A stretch of DNA of 64,000 nt from Mobula hypostoma (lineage: Eukaryota), in the NCBI RefSeq assembly GCF_963921235.1, contig NC_086097.1:186374001-186438000 (forward strand), in the 5' to 3' direction. Positions 24,639 to 37,700 of the stretch are shown piece by piece (position 1 is the stretch's first letter; every line of letters starts with the position of its first letter). Made by a program: the position numbers and the translations under genes. Under the pieces are notes generated by a model that saw only the letters and a list, made by a program, of their open reading frames with translations, did not search any database and was not told the origin of the DNA.

Positions 24639-26521
24639 CAATGTTGATTAACATTCATTTTGGGTGTCTGAAGTGTGGGCGCAAAGAAGGAGGTATGAAA
24701 AGGAAGCATCGTAGATACATTGTAATATAGAATTGTCCTTTGAGCTTTAACATATTAAATGTCCTGTAATACTGGGTCAAACAGGCCTCTTTCTCAGAAG
24801 GATCTGCATTTGATGTCTGCTGCTCATTTTTGTTCAATAAATGACTTCTGTATCCAGTAGCTTCAATCTTTCTCCAAGGACTTTGTTCACATTAAAACAG
24901 GTATACTGAACTCTGGTCAGGTCTGACCCTGATGGAATGGTCTCTTCTGGAACAGCTGTGGAAGTCAGCAAATACCCTCTGTAGCTCAAAGGGTTGGCAG
25001 CTGCCAAGATGGGAGCAGTCAACCCTCTCAGGCCCCTTCCTGTCATCCTCAATAGATACATCATCTGTACAAATATCAATAGAGGCAGAAGAACCAGCAT
25101 ATTTCCCACAGCCCCGTTGCCAGCATGACTTTCTAGTCTTTTAGTTCCTCAGTCACACAAACTATCATCCAAGTCAGGCAGAGATTGTAACCCAGTCATT
25201 GCTTTGGTTTTAGCATGAGTCATGCCAAATTACAAAGCTATCTGCTCCTGGATGAACAGCTGGAAGTGATTGGCTACTTCCCTTCCTCAGTAACTCATGT
25301 AACACAGGCAAATCTCTCCCCAGAATCATGTCCACCGGTAGTTTCTCCAGAACCCCCACCTTCATCAAGTACTTATTATCATTTAACTCATAGTGAGTTC
25401 TTCCGGAGGTTCAGACTTCCAGTCACAATGGACACATTGACAGTAGTCAACAACAAAATCAGGGGCATAATTTTTCTTAATAAATAACAGTGAGCTACCA
25501 GAAAGCTTCCATTAACTTTGACTATTATAGACATGGGCTCTTTCTCCTCACATTCTGCTTGCTTTCCATTTTCATAATCACAATCAATACAGTCACTATC
25601 ATCATCTCCCTCTCTTAGTACATAACACATACCTGACAATTTGGGCTTCTTGAGAGAACACACAGAGGACTTATGACCTGACTGCTGACAATAGTAACAA
25701 CTAAAAGACTTAGATGCAACTACCAAAGGTTGTTTTCCCTCGTTTCTCCTGCTCCTAAATTTGATGGAGTTACCCTGAGAGTCTCTTGGAGTGTTTGAGT
25801 CTCTGTTGCTTCAGAATGCTGGTTGTGATGATGCCCCCTTGTGGGCATTGAGGTCCTGCAGTGCAAGTCAGGCCACAGTGAGTCCATCTGCTGGCTCATG
25901 CTCTTGGACCTATGCTCTGGTGTCTGGAGGAAGAACTGACAACAGCTGCTCCAGAACAATGACCTCATCAATCTCCTCCTTGGAGACCCTTCTACTCTGG
26001 TCAAATCCATTGGTTGAGAAACCTCAGGCCTCAGTGGGTGAATCCCTTGGTGTAGGGTACAGGAATAGAAGCATTGACGATAGGTTTCTGGTGAGATATC
26101 AAATTTAGCCAGCAGTGCCTCAGGACAGTTGTAGCACATTTTCTCATCCATTGCAGTGTAGGCTTCGAGAGCTTTAACCATCAGTAGAGGCACAGCTGGC
26201 AGGTCTACTCCTTCTCTGACCATCCTCAGGCCATCCTCTCAAACCCAATGAGACAGTTTGCAATATAATCACCATAAGATAATTTGACCCTTGCATAGAC
26301 TTTGGAGTTCCTCCCTAAAAGCATTATCTCACTTGACAAAATGTCTTGGATCTAATTTTCCAGTGAGGGTTCAGAGAGATTGGCTCTGGCTGGAGGCTCT
26401 TCCTCCTCTGATTTCTCCATTGTTTCTCCGGCATCTAGCTTCATTTTTTGCCTCAGAGGGTATCCTGATTTGGGAACACAATTCTACTCTTCTCTGAGTT
26501 AGACACCTTTTGCAACTGGCC

Positions 26522-26539
26522 ATCCTACTGCTGCCACCA
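26522..26539 (-). promoter_or_regulatory. Primer-binding site complementary to a tRNA-Leu 3' end
   Basis: Plus strand ATCCTACTGCTGCCACCA versus tRNA-Leu 3' end ATCCCACCGCTGCCACCA (recalled sequence, 16/18); gag ATG follows directly. Confidence 0.7.
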
Positions 26540-26540
26540 T

Positions 26541-27000
26541 ATAGATACATAGATACTTTATAGATCCCAAAGTAAATTACAGTGTCATAGTAGCATTCCA
26601 AGTGCACAGTCGTTTGTAAATATACAAATATTCGAAGAGTAGTAAGAAAGAATAAAAAGTAAGTTTATTCAAACAGTCTAACAGGAGGGGGTTATCACTT
26701 CCCCAGCTATAGGTTGACTCATTATAGAACCTAATGGCCGAGGGTAAGAATGACCTTATATAGCGCTCTTTGGATCAGCACAATTGTCTTTCTCTATTAC
26801 TAAAACTGTTCCTCTGTTCAGCCAAGGTGGCATGCAGAGACTGAGAAATATTGTTCAGAATTGCCAGATTTTCTGTCGGGTCCTTTTTCTGACCACAGCC
26901 TCCAGTGTGTCCAGTTTGACTCTTATAACAGTGCTAGCCTTTCTAATCAGTTCATTTAGCCTGTTGGCATCTCCGATGTTGATGCCATTGCCCCAGCATA
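26541..27000 (-). mobile_element. Rex1/Babar-like LINE 3' fragment
   Basis: Minus translation WGNGINIGDANRLNELIRKAS...ILNNISQSLH; (ATCTATGT)-type tail. Confidence 0.65.
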
Positions 27001-27009
27001 TGTTACGAT

Positions 27010-27668
27010 ATGTTAGATTATGAGGACACTCAGTCCTTGTTTATTGTCATTTAGAAATATATGCATTAAAAAATGATACAATGTTCCTCCAGTGTGATAT
27101 CACAGAAACACAAGACTGACCAAGACTAAAACTGACAAAAACCACATAATTATAACATATAGTTACAGCAGGGCAAAGCAATACCGTAATTTGATAAGAG
27201 CAGACCATGGGCACGGTAAAAAAAAATCTCAAAGTCTCACGCAGATGGTAGAAGGGAGAAACTCTCTCTGCAATGAGCTTCCAGTGCCGCAAACTTGCCG
27301 ATGCAGCATCCTGGAAGCACCCGACCACAGTCCGACTCTGAGTCCGTCCAAAAACTTTAGCCTCCGACCAGCCCTCCGACACTGAGCACCGACACCACCT
27401 CTGCCGAGCGCTTCGACCCTTGGCCCCGACCGCCAAGCAACAGGCAAAGCCGAGGATTCGGAGCCTTCCCCTCCGGAGATTCTGGATCGCACAGTAGCGG
27501 TGGCAGCGAAACAGGCATTTCAGAAGTTTCACTAGATGTTCTTCCGAGCTCTCACGTCTACCTCCATCAAATCAGAATTGTGCACGGCATCCTACTTGAC
27601 AGATAACAGGTATTCATCACCGGAGAGGCCGGGCGCGCTGTGTCGCGCCGCCATCTTCTCCTCCCGCC
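27010..27668 (-). mobile_element. CpG-rich non-autonomous LINE derivative (5' UTR-like part plus Rex1-like tail)
   Basis: Minus strand starts GGGAGGAGAAGATGGCGGCGCG and ends GACAATAAAC...CATAATCTAAC; no TE ORF. Confidence 0.55.
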
Positions 27669-27894
27669 TGACTGTGGGATTCAATGCAAAGGAAATAAAG
27701 TGACTGGAGTTGCTTAGCACTTCTAGGTGTGTGTTAATGTACATGTGTCCTGAGTGCAGTTACCAAGCACTTTTCGTCAGAATGTGACGTTCCTACCTGA
27801 AAAATGCAGTGCTTTTCCTCAGCCTTCAAGGACATCTTCAATCGGTGTTGAGTTAAGGACATCTTCAATCTATGTTGAGTCAAGAAGGCAGCTT

Positions 27895-28172
27895 CACTAT
27901 GGTCCCTCACCACCTAGGACATGTCCTCTTCTCATTATTGCCATTGGGGAGGAGACACAGGAGCCTAAATACCTACACTCAATGATTCAGGAACAGTTTC
28001 TTCCCCTCCGCCATCGCATTTCTGAATGGTCCATGAACACTTCCTCTTTATTCCTTTTCATTGTACTATTTTTGTAGTTCATGGTAATTTTATGTCTTTG
28101 CATTGTACTACTGTCATAAAACAGCACAATCCATCTCCTATGAATTCAGTGATAATAAATCTGATTCTGATC
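27895..28172 (+). mobile_element. Rex1/Babar 3' end
   Basis: TTCAGGAACAGTTTCTTCCCCTCCGCCATC and tail GATAATAAATCTGATTCTGAT. Confidence 0.7.
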
Positions 28173-28489
28173 CATTGTGGTTATTTTTGGAACAATCGAG
28201 AGGCTGACAATGGGGAGTGGCAGTGGCAGTGGGATTGCAAAAGGGATTTGTGCAGAGTGAGTGAAGATGGAGAGAAGCAAATTTTATTTGCTTGGTTTGT
28301 GTTAACAATGATCCTGGAATCAGACATCAAGAACTACAAGACAGACCCACAAGGCATTGATACAAGATGGACATTCATAAAATTGGCAATAGAATGTTGC
28401 TAATTACTTGTGGCTAGTTAAATCAAGCAGACTTTTGCTGGTCCCATTAAAGAACACTAGACATGGCATGGGTTCTCTCAGAATTCCCT

Positions 28490-28692
28490 TCCATCACTCG
28501 TCTGAACACTATGGACAATTTCTAGTGCCAAGTAATTTACCAACCTGCATATTGTTGGGCTGTGGGAGGAAATTGGAGCAACCAGAGGAAAGACATGCAG
28601 TCACCGGGAAAGTGTGCAAGACCCACACAGATAGCAACCAAATCCAAAGTTCTGGCACTTTGAGGCAGTGGTGTTACTGGCTGCACCAACCA
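28490..28692 (-). mobile_element. V-domain SINE
   Basis: CTGTGGGAGGAAATTGGAGCAACCAGAGGAAA is the reverse V-core. Confidence 0.65.
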
Positions 28693-29825
28693 GTGTAGAA
28701 GCAGGTCAATTTTTCATTCACCCGCAGCGAGTGATGTGCCTTGGAGTTCCCTTCTAGTGGCTGCAGCTGTACTGAACTTGGACCCTGAACTAAAAGTTTC
28801 AGGCTTCGTGACATTCACACTGAATGAGTGGCGTGGCTGATCTGGAGATTTTGCAGCTGGGCTCAGCCAAAAATCAAAGATCACTGCTCATAAATGCTCT
28901 GATGACTTTTTGGCTTCCTCTCAAAAATAATGAATGGCTACATGAACATGGAATAAGAGTGCCATCAACCTATCCCCTATAACTGGTGTGCTGCAGCTAA
29001 TCGTACAGCACCCTTGGGACCTTGAGGAGCAGCAGACCATTAACCAACATCATGCTCGTCTTGATACAATCCTCAACATATTGAATCTAGGTAAGGGTCT
29101 ACACAAAATGAACCATAATCAACTTGCATTTGCAACAGGACCGGTTAATTAGTCCTTCAGTTCCTTCTGTTTAGTTGTCCTTCCTTTGCATTTTGACAAA
29201 AATATTCTCATCTTTAATGTAAGTCAATGATGCAACGTTTGCAGTTTCACATACACTTAATGTCTTGTTCAATCAGGGCTCATTAACTGCATAATTTGCC
29301 CATGCAATCAAAGACAAAAAATACATGAGGGATACAAATACAAATCAGATAATTAACTATTCACAAGCTGCAAAAACAGCTGTGTGCACAAATTCCACGT
29401 AGATGCAAATGCATTGGGATAAATTGCAAACACATAAACAGCACATTAATGGCAGTTGTACAAAGGACAATTTACATTTTTGCATGTAATAAAAATACTT
29501 ATTTATTTTCTACCGGGGAAAATGGAACCACAGGGGATTTAATATCAATTAAAAACATAAAAAAGTAGCAATGAAAGTAAGATATTTACTTATACTGTAG
29601 GCCTGTTCAGATCTTTAGTCTCATGGTTGATCTTCCATGTTAACTTTTCTTCCGGCTCTGTAAGCAAGTATTTGGCCATACACTCTCAATGTCCGAGCAT
29701 CTGCGGTTCATTGGTTTGCTCGGGTAGAGAGCTCCAAAGATCCGTAGTCTCAGACCAGACCCAGTTTTATTATCACTGACATCTGTCATGAAATTTGTTG
29801 TTTTGTAGTAGTGGTACACTGCAAT

Positions 29826-31755
29826 AGAAACATGGAAACATAGAAAACATACAGCACCATACTGGCCCTTTGGCCCACAAACCTGTGCCAAACATGTCCC
29901 TAGGCTTTATCCATAGCCCTCTATTTTTCTAAGTTCCACGTAGCCATCCAGGAGTCTCTTACGAGACCCTATCGTTTCCACCTCCACCACCGCTGCCAGC
30001 AGCCCATTCCACGCACTCACCACTCTCTGCGTAAAAACTTACCCCTGACTTCTCCTCTGTACCTTCTTCCAAGCACCTTAAAACTCTTCCCTCTCGTGCT
30101 AGCCATTTCAGCCCTGGGAAAAAGCCTCTGACTATCCACACGATCAATGCATCATCTTATACACCTCTATCAGGTCACCTCTCATCGTCCGTCGCTCCAA
30201 AGAGAAAAGTCTGAGTTCACTCAGCCTGTTCTCATAAGGCATGCTCCCCAATCCAGGCAACATCCTTGTAAATCTCCTCTGCACCCATGAGGCGACCAGA
30301 ACTGAGCACCGTACTCCAAGTGGGGTCTGACCAGGGTCCTATATAGCTGCAACATTACCTCTCGGCGCTTAAACTCAATCCCATGGTTGATGAAGACCAA
30401 TGCACCGTATGCCTTCTTAACCACAGAGTCAACCTGTTCAGCAGTTTTGAGTGTCATGCCTTATCCTCTTGCTCTTCACATACTTGTAGAATACCTTGGG
30501 GTTTTCCTTAATCCTGTCCGCCAAGATCTTCTCATGGCCCCTTCTGGCTCTCCTAATTTCATTCTTAAGCTCCTTCCTGCTGGCATTATAATCTTCTAGA
30601 TTCCCATCATTACCTTGTTTTTTGAACCTTTCATAAGCTTTTCTTTTCTTCTTGACTAGATCTACAACAGCCTTTGTACACCACGGATCTTGTACCCTAC
30701 CATCCTTTCCCTGTTTCATTGGGACGTACCTACTCAGAACCCCACACAAATATCCCCTGAGCATTTGCCATATTTCTTCCATACGTTTCCCTGAGAACAT
30801 CTGTTTCCAACTTATACTTCCAAGTTCCTGCCTGATAGCCTCATATTTCCCCTTACTCCAATTAAACTCTTCCCTAACTTGTCTGTTCCTATCCCTCTCC
30901 AAAGCTATGGTAAAGAAGATAGAACTGTGATCACTATCTCCAAAATGCTCTCCCACTGAGAGACCTGACACCTGACCAGGTTCATTTCCCAATACCAGAT
31001 CAGGTACAGCCTCTCCTCTTGTAGGCTTACCTACATATTGTGTCAATAAACCTTCCTGAACACACCTAACAAACTCTACCCCATCTGAACCCCTCACTCT
31101 TGGGAGATGCCAATCAATATTTGGGAAATTAAAATCTCCTACCACAACAACCCTGTTATCATTACTCCTTTCCAGAATCTGTCTCCCTATCTGCTCCTCG
31201 ATCTCCCTGTTACTATTGGATGGTCTATAAATAAACATCCAGTATAGTTATTGACCCCTTCCTATTCCTAACTTCCACCCACAGAGACTCCGTAGACAAC
31301 CCCTCCATGACCTCCTCCTTTTCTGCAGCTGTGACACTATCTCTGATCAACAGTGCCACACTCCCACCTCTTTTGCCTCCCTCCCTGTCCTTTCTGAAAC
31401 ATCTAAAGCCTGGCACTTGAAGTAGCCATTCCTGCCCCTGAGCCATCCAAGTTTCTGTAATGGCCACAACATCATAGCTCCAAGTGCTGATCCACGGTCT
31501 AAGCTCATTGCTTTATTCATGATACTCCCCGCATTAAAATAGACACCTTACACCATTGGACTGAGCGCGTCTCTTCTCTATCACCTGCCTATCCTCCCTT
31601 TCGCACTGTCTCCAAGCTTTCTCTATTTGTGAGCCAGCCTCCCTTTCCTCCATCAGTTTAGTTCGGTTCCCACCCCCCAGCAATTCTAGTTTAAACTCTC
31701 CCCAATAGCCTTAGCAAACCTTCCCGCCAAGATATTTGTTCCCCCTCAGATTCAA
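29826..31755 (-). mobile_element. CR1 LINE with endonuclease intact but RT core deleted, nested in a Rex1 3' end (about 29750-29825 and 31756-32100)
   Basis: AITETW, YRPSNS, VVGDFNFPNIDW and GDSDH (30438-31467) joined near 30455 directly to the ORF2 C-terminus (LYRTLVRPHLEY) and a TTCTATGT tail. Confidence 0.92.
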
Positions 31756-32149
31756 TGCAGAAAAGTATTATGTTACACTAAGAATTCTTTTGAAAAATAG
31801 TGCAAAGAATGAGAGCAATAAGTTAGGTAGTGTTCATGGAACCAGGGTCAGCCCATAAATCTGATTGCAGAGGAGAAGAAGCTGTTCATAAAATATTGAG
31901 TGTGCGTCTTCAGGGTCCTGTAACTCCTCCATGATGGCAGTAATGAGAAGAGAGCATGTCCTGGATGGTAGTGGTCTTTAATGATGAATGCTGCCTTCTC
32001 AAGGCATCATCTATTGGAGATCTCACCACCAACCTAGTGGCCATGATGGAATGGAGCCTACAACCTGATACAGCTGTTTCCAATCATGCCTGAAGAAAGT
32101 TCATTTCAGCTGTGGATGAACCAAGGGATTCACAGCCTGCTGAAAGTTA

Positions 32150-32285
32150 GATGAGTTCTGAAGAAGTGTCTCAGCCAGAAGCATTGACTGCTTCTTCCCC
32201 TCTGTAGATTCTGCCTAACCTGCTGAATTCCTTTAGTTCGTGTTGCTCTGGATTTCCAGCATCTGCAGAATCTCTTGTGTTTCTG
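32150..32285 (+). mobile_element. Old Penelope pLTR remnant
   Basis: Degenerate hammerhead CTGAAGAAG...GAAGCATTGACT and GATTTCCAGCATCTGCAGA tail. Confidence 0.65.
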
Positions 32286-32299
32286 AGGGCTACATCTGT

Positions 32300-33780
32300 A
32301 GCAGGAAAAACCAGTCATGCATAATCCTACAAGAGGTCCAATTATGACCTGTGGAAGGCCACCGTAATAGCAAAAACACAATTCTGTGTGGAGTTAGTGA
32401 ATCAATCAGATGCACGCAACAGCTGGGACAAAGTTTCTATGCCATTACTTCCTATAAGGCGAAATCTAATAGTGTAATGAAGTGATGTTCATTTTCCGAA
32501 AGGCTCAATTCCTTTAATGCACACTTTGGGAGAATAAAACTACACCTCCGTGAATCTCCACAACATCTGGCAACTCTGTGATCTATCTTGGAAGTTGGTT
32601 TTAGAACATCCTTTGAAAAGGTGAGCCCTCGCAAGATGTCAGGCCCTGACGGTGTACCTGAGCTGAGTTCAAGGACATCTTCAACCTCCCACTGCTGCAG
32701 ATGGAAATTCCCTCCTGCTTCAAAAGGGCATCAATCATAACAGTGCCCAAGAAGAGCCGGGTGAGCTGTCTCAATTACTATTGCACAGTAGTTTTCACTG
32801 ATGAACTGCTTTAAGAGGTTGGTCATGGTTAGAATTAACTCCTGCCTGAGGAAGTACCTGTGCCGACTACAATTGGCCTACTGCCACAACAGGCTTACAG
32901 AAGATATAATATCCTTAACCCTTCACTTGGTCTTGGATCACTTAAACAAAAGCAATACCTATAGTACATCAGGCTGCTGTTTTATTAAAGCTCAGCATTC
33001 AAAACTATCATCGCCTAGTACTTATCAACAAGCTTCAAAACCTTCGTATCTCCCTCTACAACTGGATCCTTGACTTCCTCTTCAGGAGACCACAATCAGT
33101 GTGGATCAGAAATAACATCATCTCGCTGACAATCACACAGGCACACCTCAAGGGTCAGTGCTTAGCAGAGATAATGAATCTGATTCTGAGTCTGCTCTGT
33201 TCTCTGTACGTTCATGACCGTATGGCTAGGCACAGCTCAAAGTCATCTATTAAATCGCTGATGGTGCCCCTGATGTTGGCAGAAACTCATATGGTAACAA
33301 AGAGGTATACAGGAGTGAGAAAGATCAGCTGATTGAGTGGAGTCACAACACCAAGATTGCACTCAGTGTCAGTAAAACCAAGGCCTGCCAGTGGAGCAGA
33401 TTTGATATCTCACCAAAGATTCCAGAAAATTTCTACAGATATCACATAAAGAGCATTATGACTCATTGAAGGTCCTTACCGATTGATGGCATCAATCATT
33501 AAGGACCTTCAGATCCTGGACATGCCTTCTTCTCATTACACCCATCATGAGGAGGTACAGGAGCCTGAAGATGCATACTCAAAGTTTTCAGAACAGCTTC
33601 TTCTTCTCTATCATCAGATTTATGAACAGTCCACGAACTCATGAACTCTACCTCACTATTCTTCTTTTGCACTATTTATGTATTTTATTTATTTATTTTA
33701 AATTTTAAATTACAGAAACTTTTTATGGCCTCCACCACAAATCAACAAATTTCATAACAATGATAATAAATTCCATTTCT
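32300..33780 (+). mobile_element. Decayed Rex1/Babar LINE (RT to 3' tail)
   Basis: SGPDGVP, FKDIFNLPL, MNCFKRLVM..INSCL, QLAYCHNRLTED; 3' TGATAATAAA. Confidence 0.8.
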
Positions 33781-34119
33781 AATTTGCTGAATCATAACCA
33801 GGAACATTAAGGATAAGGGTAATGAACATAGAGCATGGATCAGTGCACGGAACTACAATATGTGAATACAGCTGTAATATTTTCCCTGATGAATAGTACA
33901 ACTCCTTCTTCATCATCAATTCCATGCACATTGACGTTAAAAATATTACAGCTGTATTTATATATTCAAGAGAGGATATAAAAACATCCACTGATCCACC
34001 TCTCATCCACTAGAACTCAAAAATAGGACAGATGCAATCACACTGGATATTAAGAAACAGATATGCAGGTAGATTAGGGAAAGGTCTAAAGAAAACAGGG
34101 TGTTGTTTTGTGAAAACAA

Positions 34120-34480
34120 CTTATATAAGAGGATGAGGGGCACTGATCATGTGGATAGCCAGAGGCTTTTTCCCAGGGCTGAAATGGCTAACACGAGGGT
34201 GCATAGTTTTAAGGTGCTTGGAAATAGGTACCGAGGGGATGTCAGGGGTAAGTTTTCAACACAGAGAGTGGTGGGTGAATGGAATGCTCTGCTGGTGGCG
34301 GTGGTGGAAAGAGGATACAATAGGGTTTTTTAAGAACCTCTTAATAGGTACATAAAGCTTAGAAAAATAGAGGGTTACGCGCTAGGGAAATTCTAGGCAT
34401 CTCTAGAGTAGGGTACATGGTCGGCACAGCATTGTGGGCCAAAGGGCCTGTAATGTGCTGTAAATTTCTATGTTCTATGA
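34120..34480 (+). mobile_element. CR1 3' fragment
   Basis: VDSQRLFPRAEM...RGDVRGKF; tail TTCTATGTTCTATG. Confidence 0.88.
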
Positions 34481-34519
34481 AACTTCAGCAGTCCCAATAT
34501 TGTCTGGGAACTCATTAGT

Positions 34520-34795
34520 AAGACCATAAGACCATGGGACCATAAGGTATAGGAGTGGAATTAGGCCATTTGGCCTTCTGAGTCTGCGTCACTATTTCAA
34601 CGTGGCTGATCCAATTTCCCTCTCAGCCCCAATCTCCTGCTTTTTCTCTGTATCCCTTCATGCCCTGACCAATCAAGAATCTACCAGCCTCTGCCTTAAA
34701 CATACATAGAGACTTGCACTTCACAAATGTCCTTGCAAAGAATTCCACAGATTCACCACTCTCTGGCCAAAGAAATTTCTCGTCATCTCCATTCT
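34520..34795 (-). mobile_element. CR1 3' fragment (TCTTATGG-tail family)
   Basis: TAAGACCA repeats; minus EMTRNFFGQRVVNLWNSL. Confidence 0.8.
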
Positions 34796-34799
34796 CATA

Positions 34800-37700
34800 A
34801 CGTGAGTATTAAGCAGGAACTGGGGATGGTTAATTGGGAACAGCTGCTTTTGGGCAAGACCAGATCTGACATGTGCAGGGTTTTTCCAGACCAGCTGCAT
34901 GGAGTACAGGACTGGTATGTTCCAGTAAGGAGGGTCAAGGATGGGAAGATCAAGGGACAATGGATGTACGGAAAGGGACGTAATTTATTCAAGAAGTAAA
35001 AGGAAGTGTGTGTAAGGCTTAGGAAGCTAAAATCAAAAAGAGGGTTCTAAAGAGGCCAGAAAAGAACTCAAGAAAAAAATTAGCAAAGTGACGAGGTGCA
35101 CATAGGATTACAGGAAATCTCAAGGCCTATTATTCATACATTAAGAGAGTAAGAGGATAACTACGAGAGGATTGGACTACTCAAGAATAAAATGAGGAAA
35201 CATAGAAACATAGAAAACCTACAGCACAATACAGGCCCTTCGGCCCACAAAGTTGTGCCAAACATGTCCCTACCGTAGAAATTACTAGGCTTACCCATTG
35301 CCCGCTTTTTCCAAGCTCCATGTACCGATCCAAAAGTCTCTTAAAAGATCCTATCATATCTGCCTCCACCACTGTTGCCGGCAGCCCATTCCACGCACTC
35401 ACAACTCTCTGTGTAAAAAACTTACCCCTGACGTCTCAACTGTACCTATTTCCAAGCACCTTAAACCTGCGTCTTCTTGTGGCAACCATTTCAGCCCTGG
35501 GAAAAAGCCTCTGATTATCCACACAATCAATGACTCTCATCATCTTATACACCTCTGTCAGGTCACCTCTCATCCTCCGTCGCTCTAAGGAGAAGAGGCC
35601 AAGTTCACTCAACCTGATTTCATAAAGCATGCTCCCCAATCCAGGCAACATCCCTGTAAATCTCCTCTACACCCTTTCTATGGTTTCCACATCCTTCCTG
35701 TAATGAGGTGACCAGAACTGAGCACAGTATTCCAAGTGGGGTCTGACTAGGGTTCTATATAGCTGCAACATTACCTCTCAGCTCTTAAACTCAATTCCAT
35801 GATTGATGAAGGCCAATACACCGTATGCCTTCTTGACCACAGAGTCAACCTGCGCAGCTGTTTTGAGCGTCCTGTGGACTCGGACCCCAAGATCCCTCTA
35901 ATCAAATGAACCACTTCACACTTATCTGGGTTGAACTCCATCTGTCACTTCTCAGCCCAGTTTTGCATCCTATCAATGTCCCGCTGTAACCTCTGGCAGC
36001 CCTCCACACTATCCACAACACCCCCAACCATTATGTCATCAGCAAACTTACTAACCCATCCCTCCACTTCCTCAACCAGGTTATTGATAAATATCACAAA
36101 GAGTAGGGGTCCCAGAACAGATCCCTGAGGCACACCATCGGTCACTTACCTCCATGCAGAATATCACCCGTCTACAACCACACTTTTCCTTCTGTGGGCA
36201 AGCCAGTTCTGGATCCACAAAGCAATATCCCCTTGGAGCCCATGCCTCCTTACTTTCTCAATAAGCCTTGCATAGGGTACCTTATCAAACGCCTTGCTGA
36301 AATCCATATACACTACATCTACTGCTCTTCCTTCATCAATGTGTTTAGACGCATCCTCAAAAAATTCAATCAGGCTCATACGGTATGACCTGCCTTTGAC
36401 AAACCCATGCTGACTATTTCTAATCATATCTTACCTCTCCAAATATTCATAAATCCTACCTCTCAGGATCTTCTCCAACAACTTACCAACCACTGAAGTA
36501 AGACTCACTGGTCTATAATTTCCTGAGCTATCTCTACTCCCTTTCTTGAATAAAGGAACAACATCCGCAACACTCCAATTCTCCAGATCCTCTCCCATCC
36601 CCATTGATGATTCAAAGATCATCGCCAGAGGCTCAGTAATCTCCTCCCTTGCCTCCCACAGTAGCCTAGGGTACATCTTATCCGGTCCCAGCGACTTATC
36701 CAACTTGATGCTTTCCAAAACTCTAGCACATCCTCTTTCTTAATATCTACATGCTCAAGCTTTTCAGTCTGCTGCAAGTCAGCACTACAATCACCAAGAT
36801 CCTTTTCCATAGTGAATACTGAAGTAAAGTATTCATTAAGTACCTCTGCTATTTCCTCTGGTTCCATTCATACTTTCCCACTGTCACACTTGATAGGTCC
36901 TATTCTTTCACATCTTATCCTCTTGCTCTTCACGTACTTGTAGAATGCCTTGGGGTTTTCCTTAATCCTGCCTGCCAAGGCCTTCTCATGGCCCCTTCTA
37001 GCTCTCCTAATTTCCTTTTTAAGCTCCTTCCTGTTAGCCTTATAATCTTCTAGATCTCTAATGTTACCTAGCTCTCTGAACCTTTTGTAAGCTTTTCTTT
37101 TCTTCTTGACTAGATTTATTACAGCCTTTGTACACCAAGGTTCCTGTACCCTACTATAACTTCCCTGTCTCATTGGAACGTACCTATGCAGAACTCCACA
37201 TAAATATCCCCTGAACATTTGCCACATTTCTTCTGTAATTTTCCTTGAGAACATCTGTTCCCAGTTTAAGTTTCCAATTTCCTGCCTGAGAGCCTCATAA
37301 TTCCCCTTCTTCCAGTTAAACGCTTTTTTAACTTGTCTGTTCCTATCTCTCTCCAATGTTATTGTAAAGGAGATAGAATTATGATCATTATCTCCAGAAT
37401 GCTCTCCCACTGAGAGATCTGACACCTGACCAGGTTCATTTCCCAGTAACAAAACATATGCATGGAGGCATAGGATGTGGGTCAGGTCCTAAATGAGTAC
37501 TTTGTATCAGTATTTATCAAGGAAAAGGACATGGTGGATAGTGAGATCAGTGTTGTGCGTGCTAGTATCCTTGGGAATTCTGAAATAAAGAAAGAGTTAG
37601 TGTTGGGTCTCTTAAATTAAATTGGTTTAGTATTGTCACATGTGCTTGACTTAATATAAAGGGACAGTATGCTGTTAATAGAAAGACCTTTAACAATATT

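Larger units (their letters stand above)
23426..26539 (-). mobile_element. Gmr1-like Gypsy element with SCAN-domain gag; LTRs lost, integrase core missing
   Basis: tRNA-Leu-like PBS at 26522-26539; gag KALEAY...EALLAKFDISPETYRQCF; SCAN-like EEIDEVIVLEQLLSVLPPDTRA*VQEHEP (about 25860-25985); knuckle CYYCQQSGHKSSVC; RT (VMPFGLHGVPAAFQRL...DLDDVVV); RNase H (VQVDASGVGIGAVLAQ). Confidence 0.85.
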
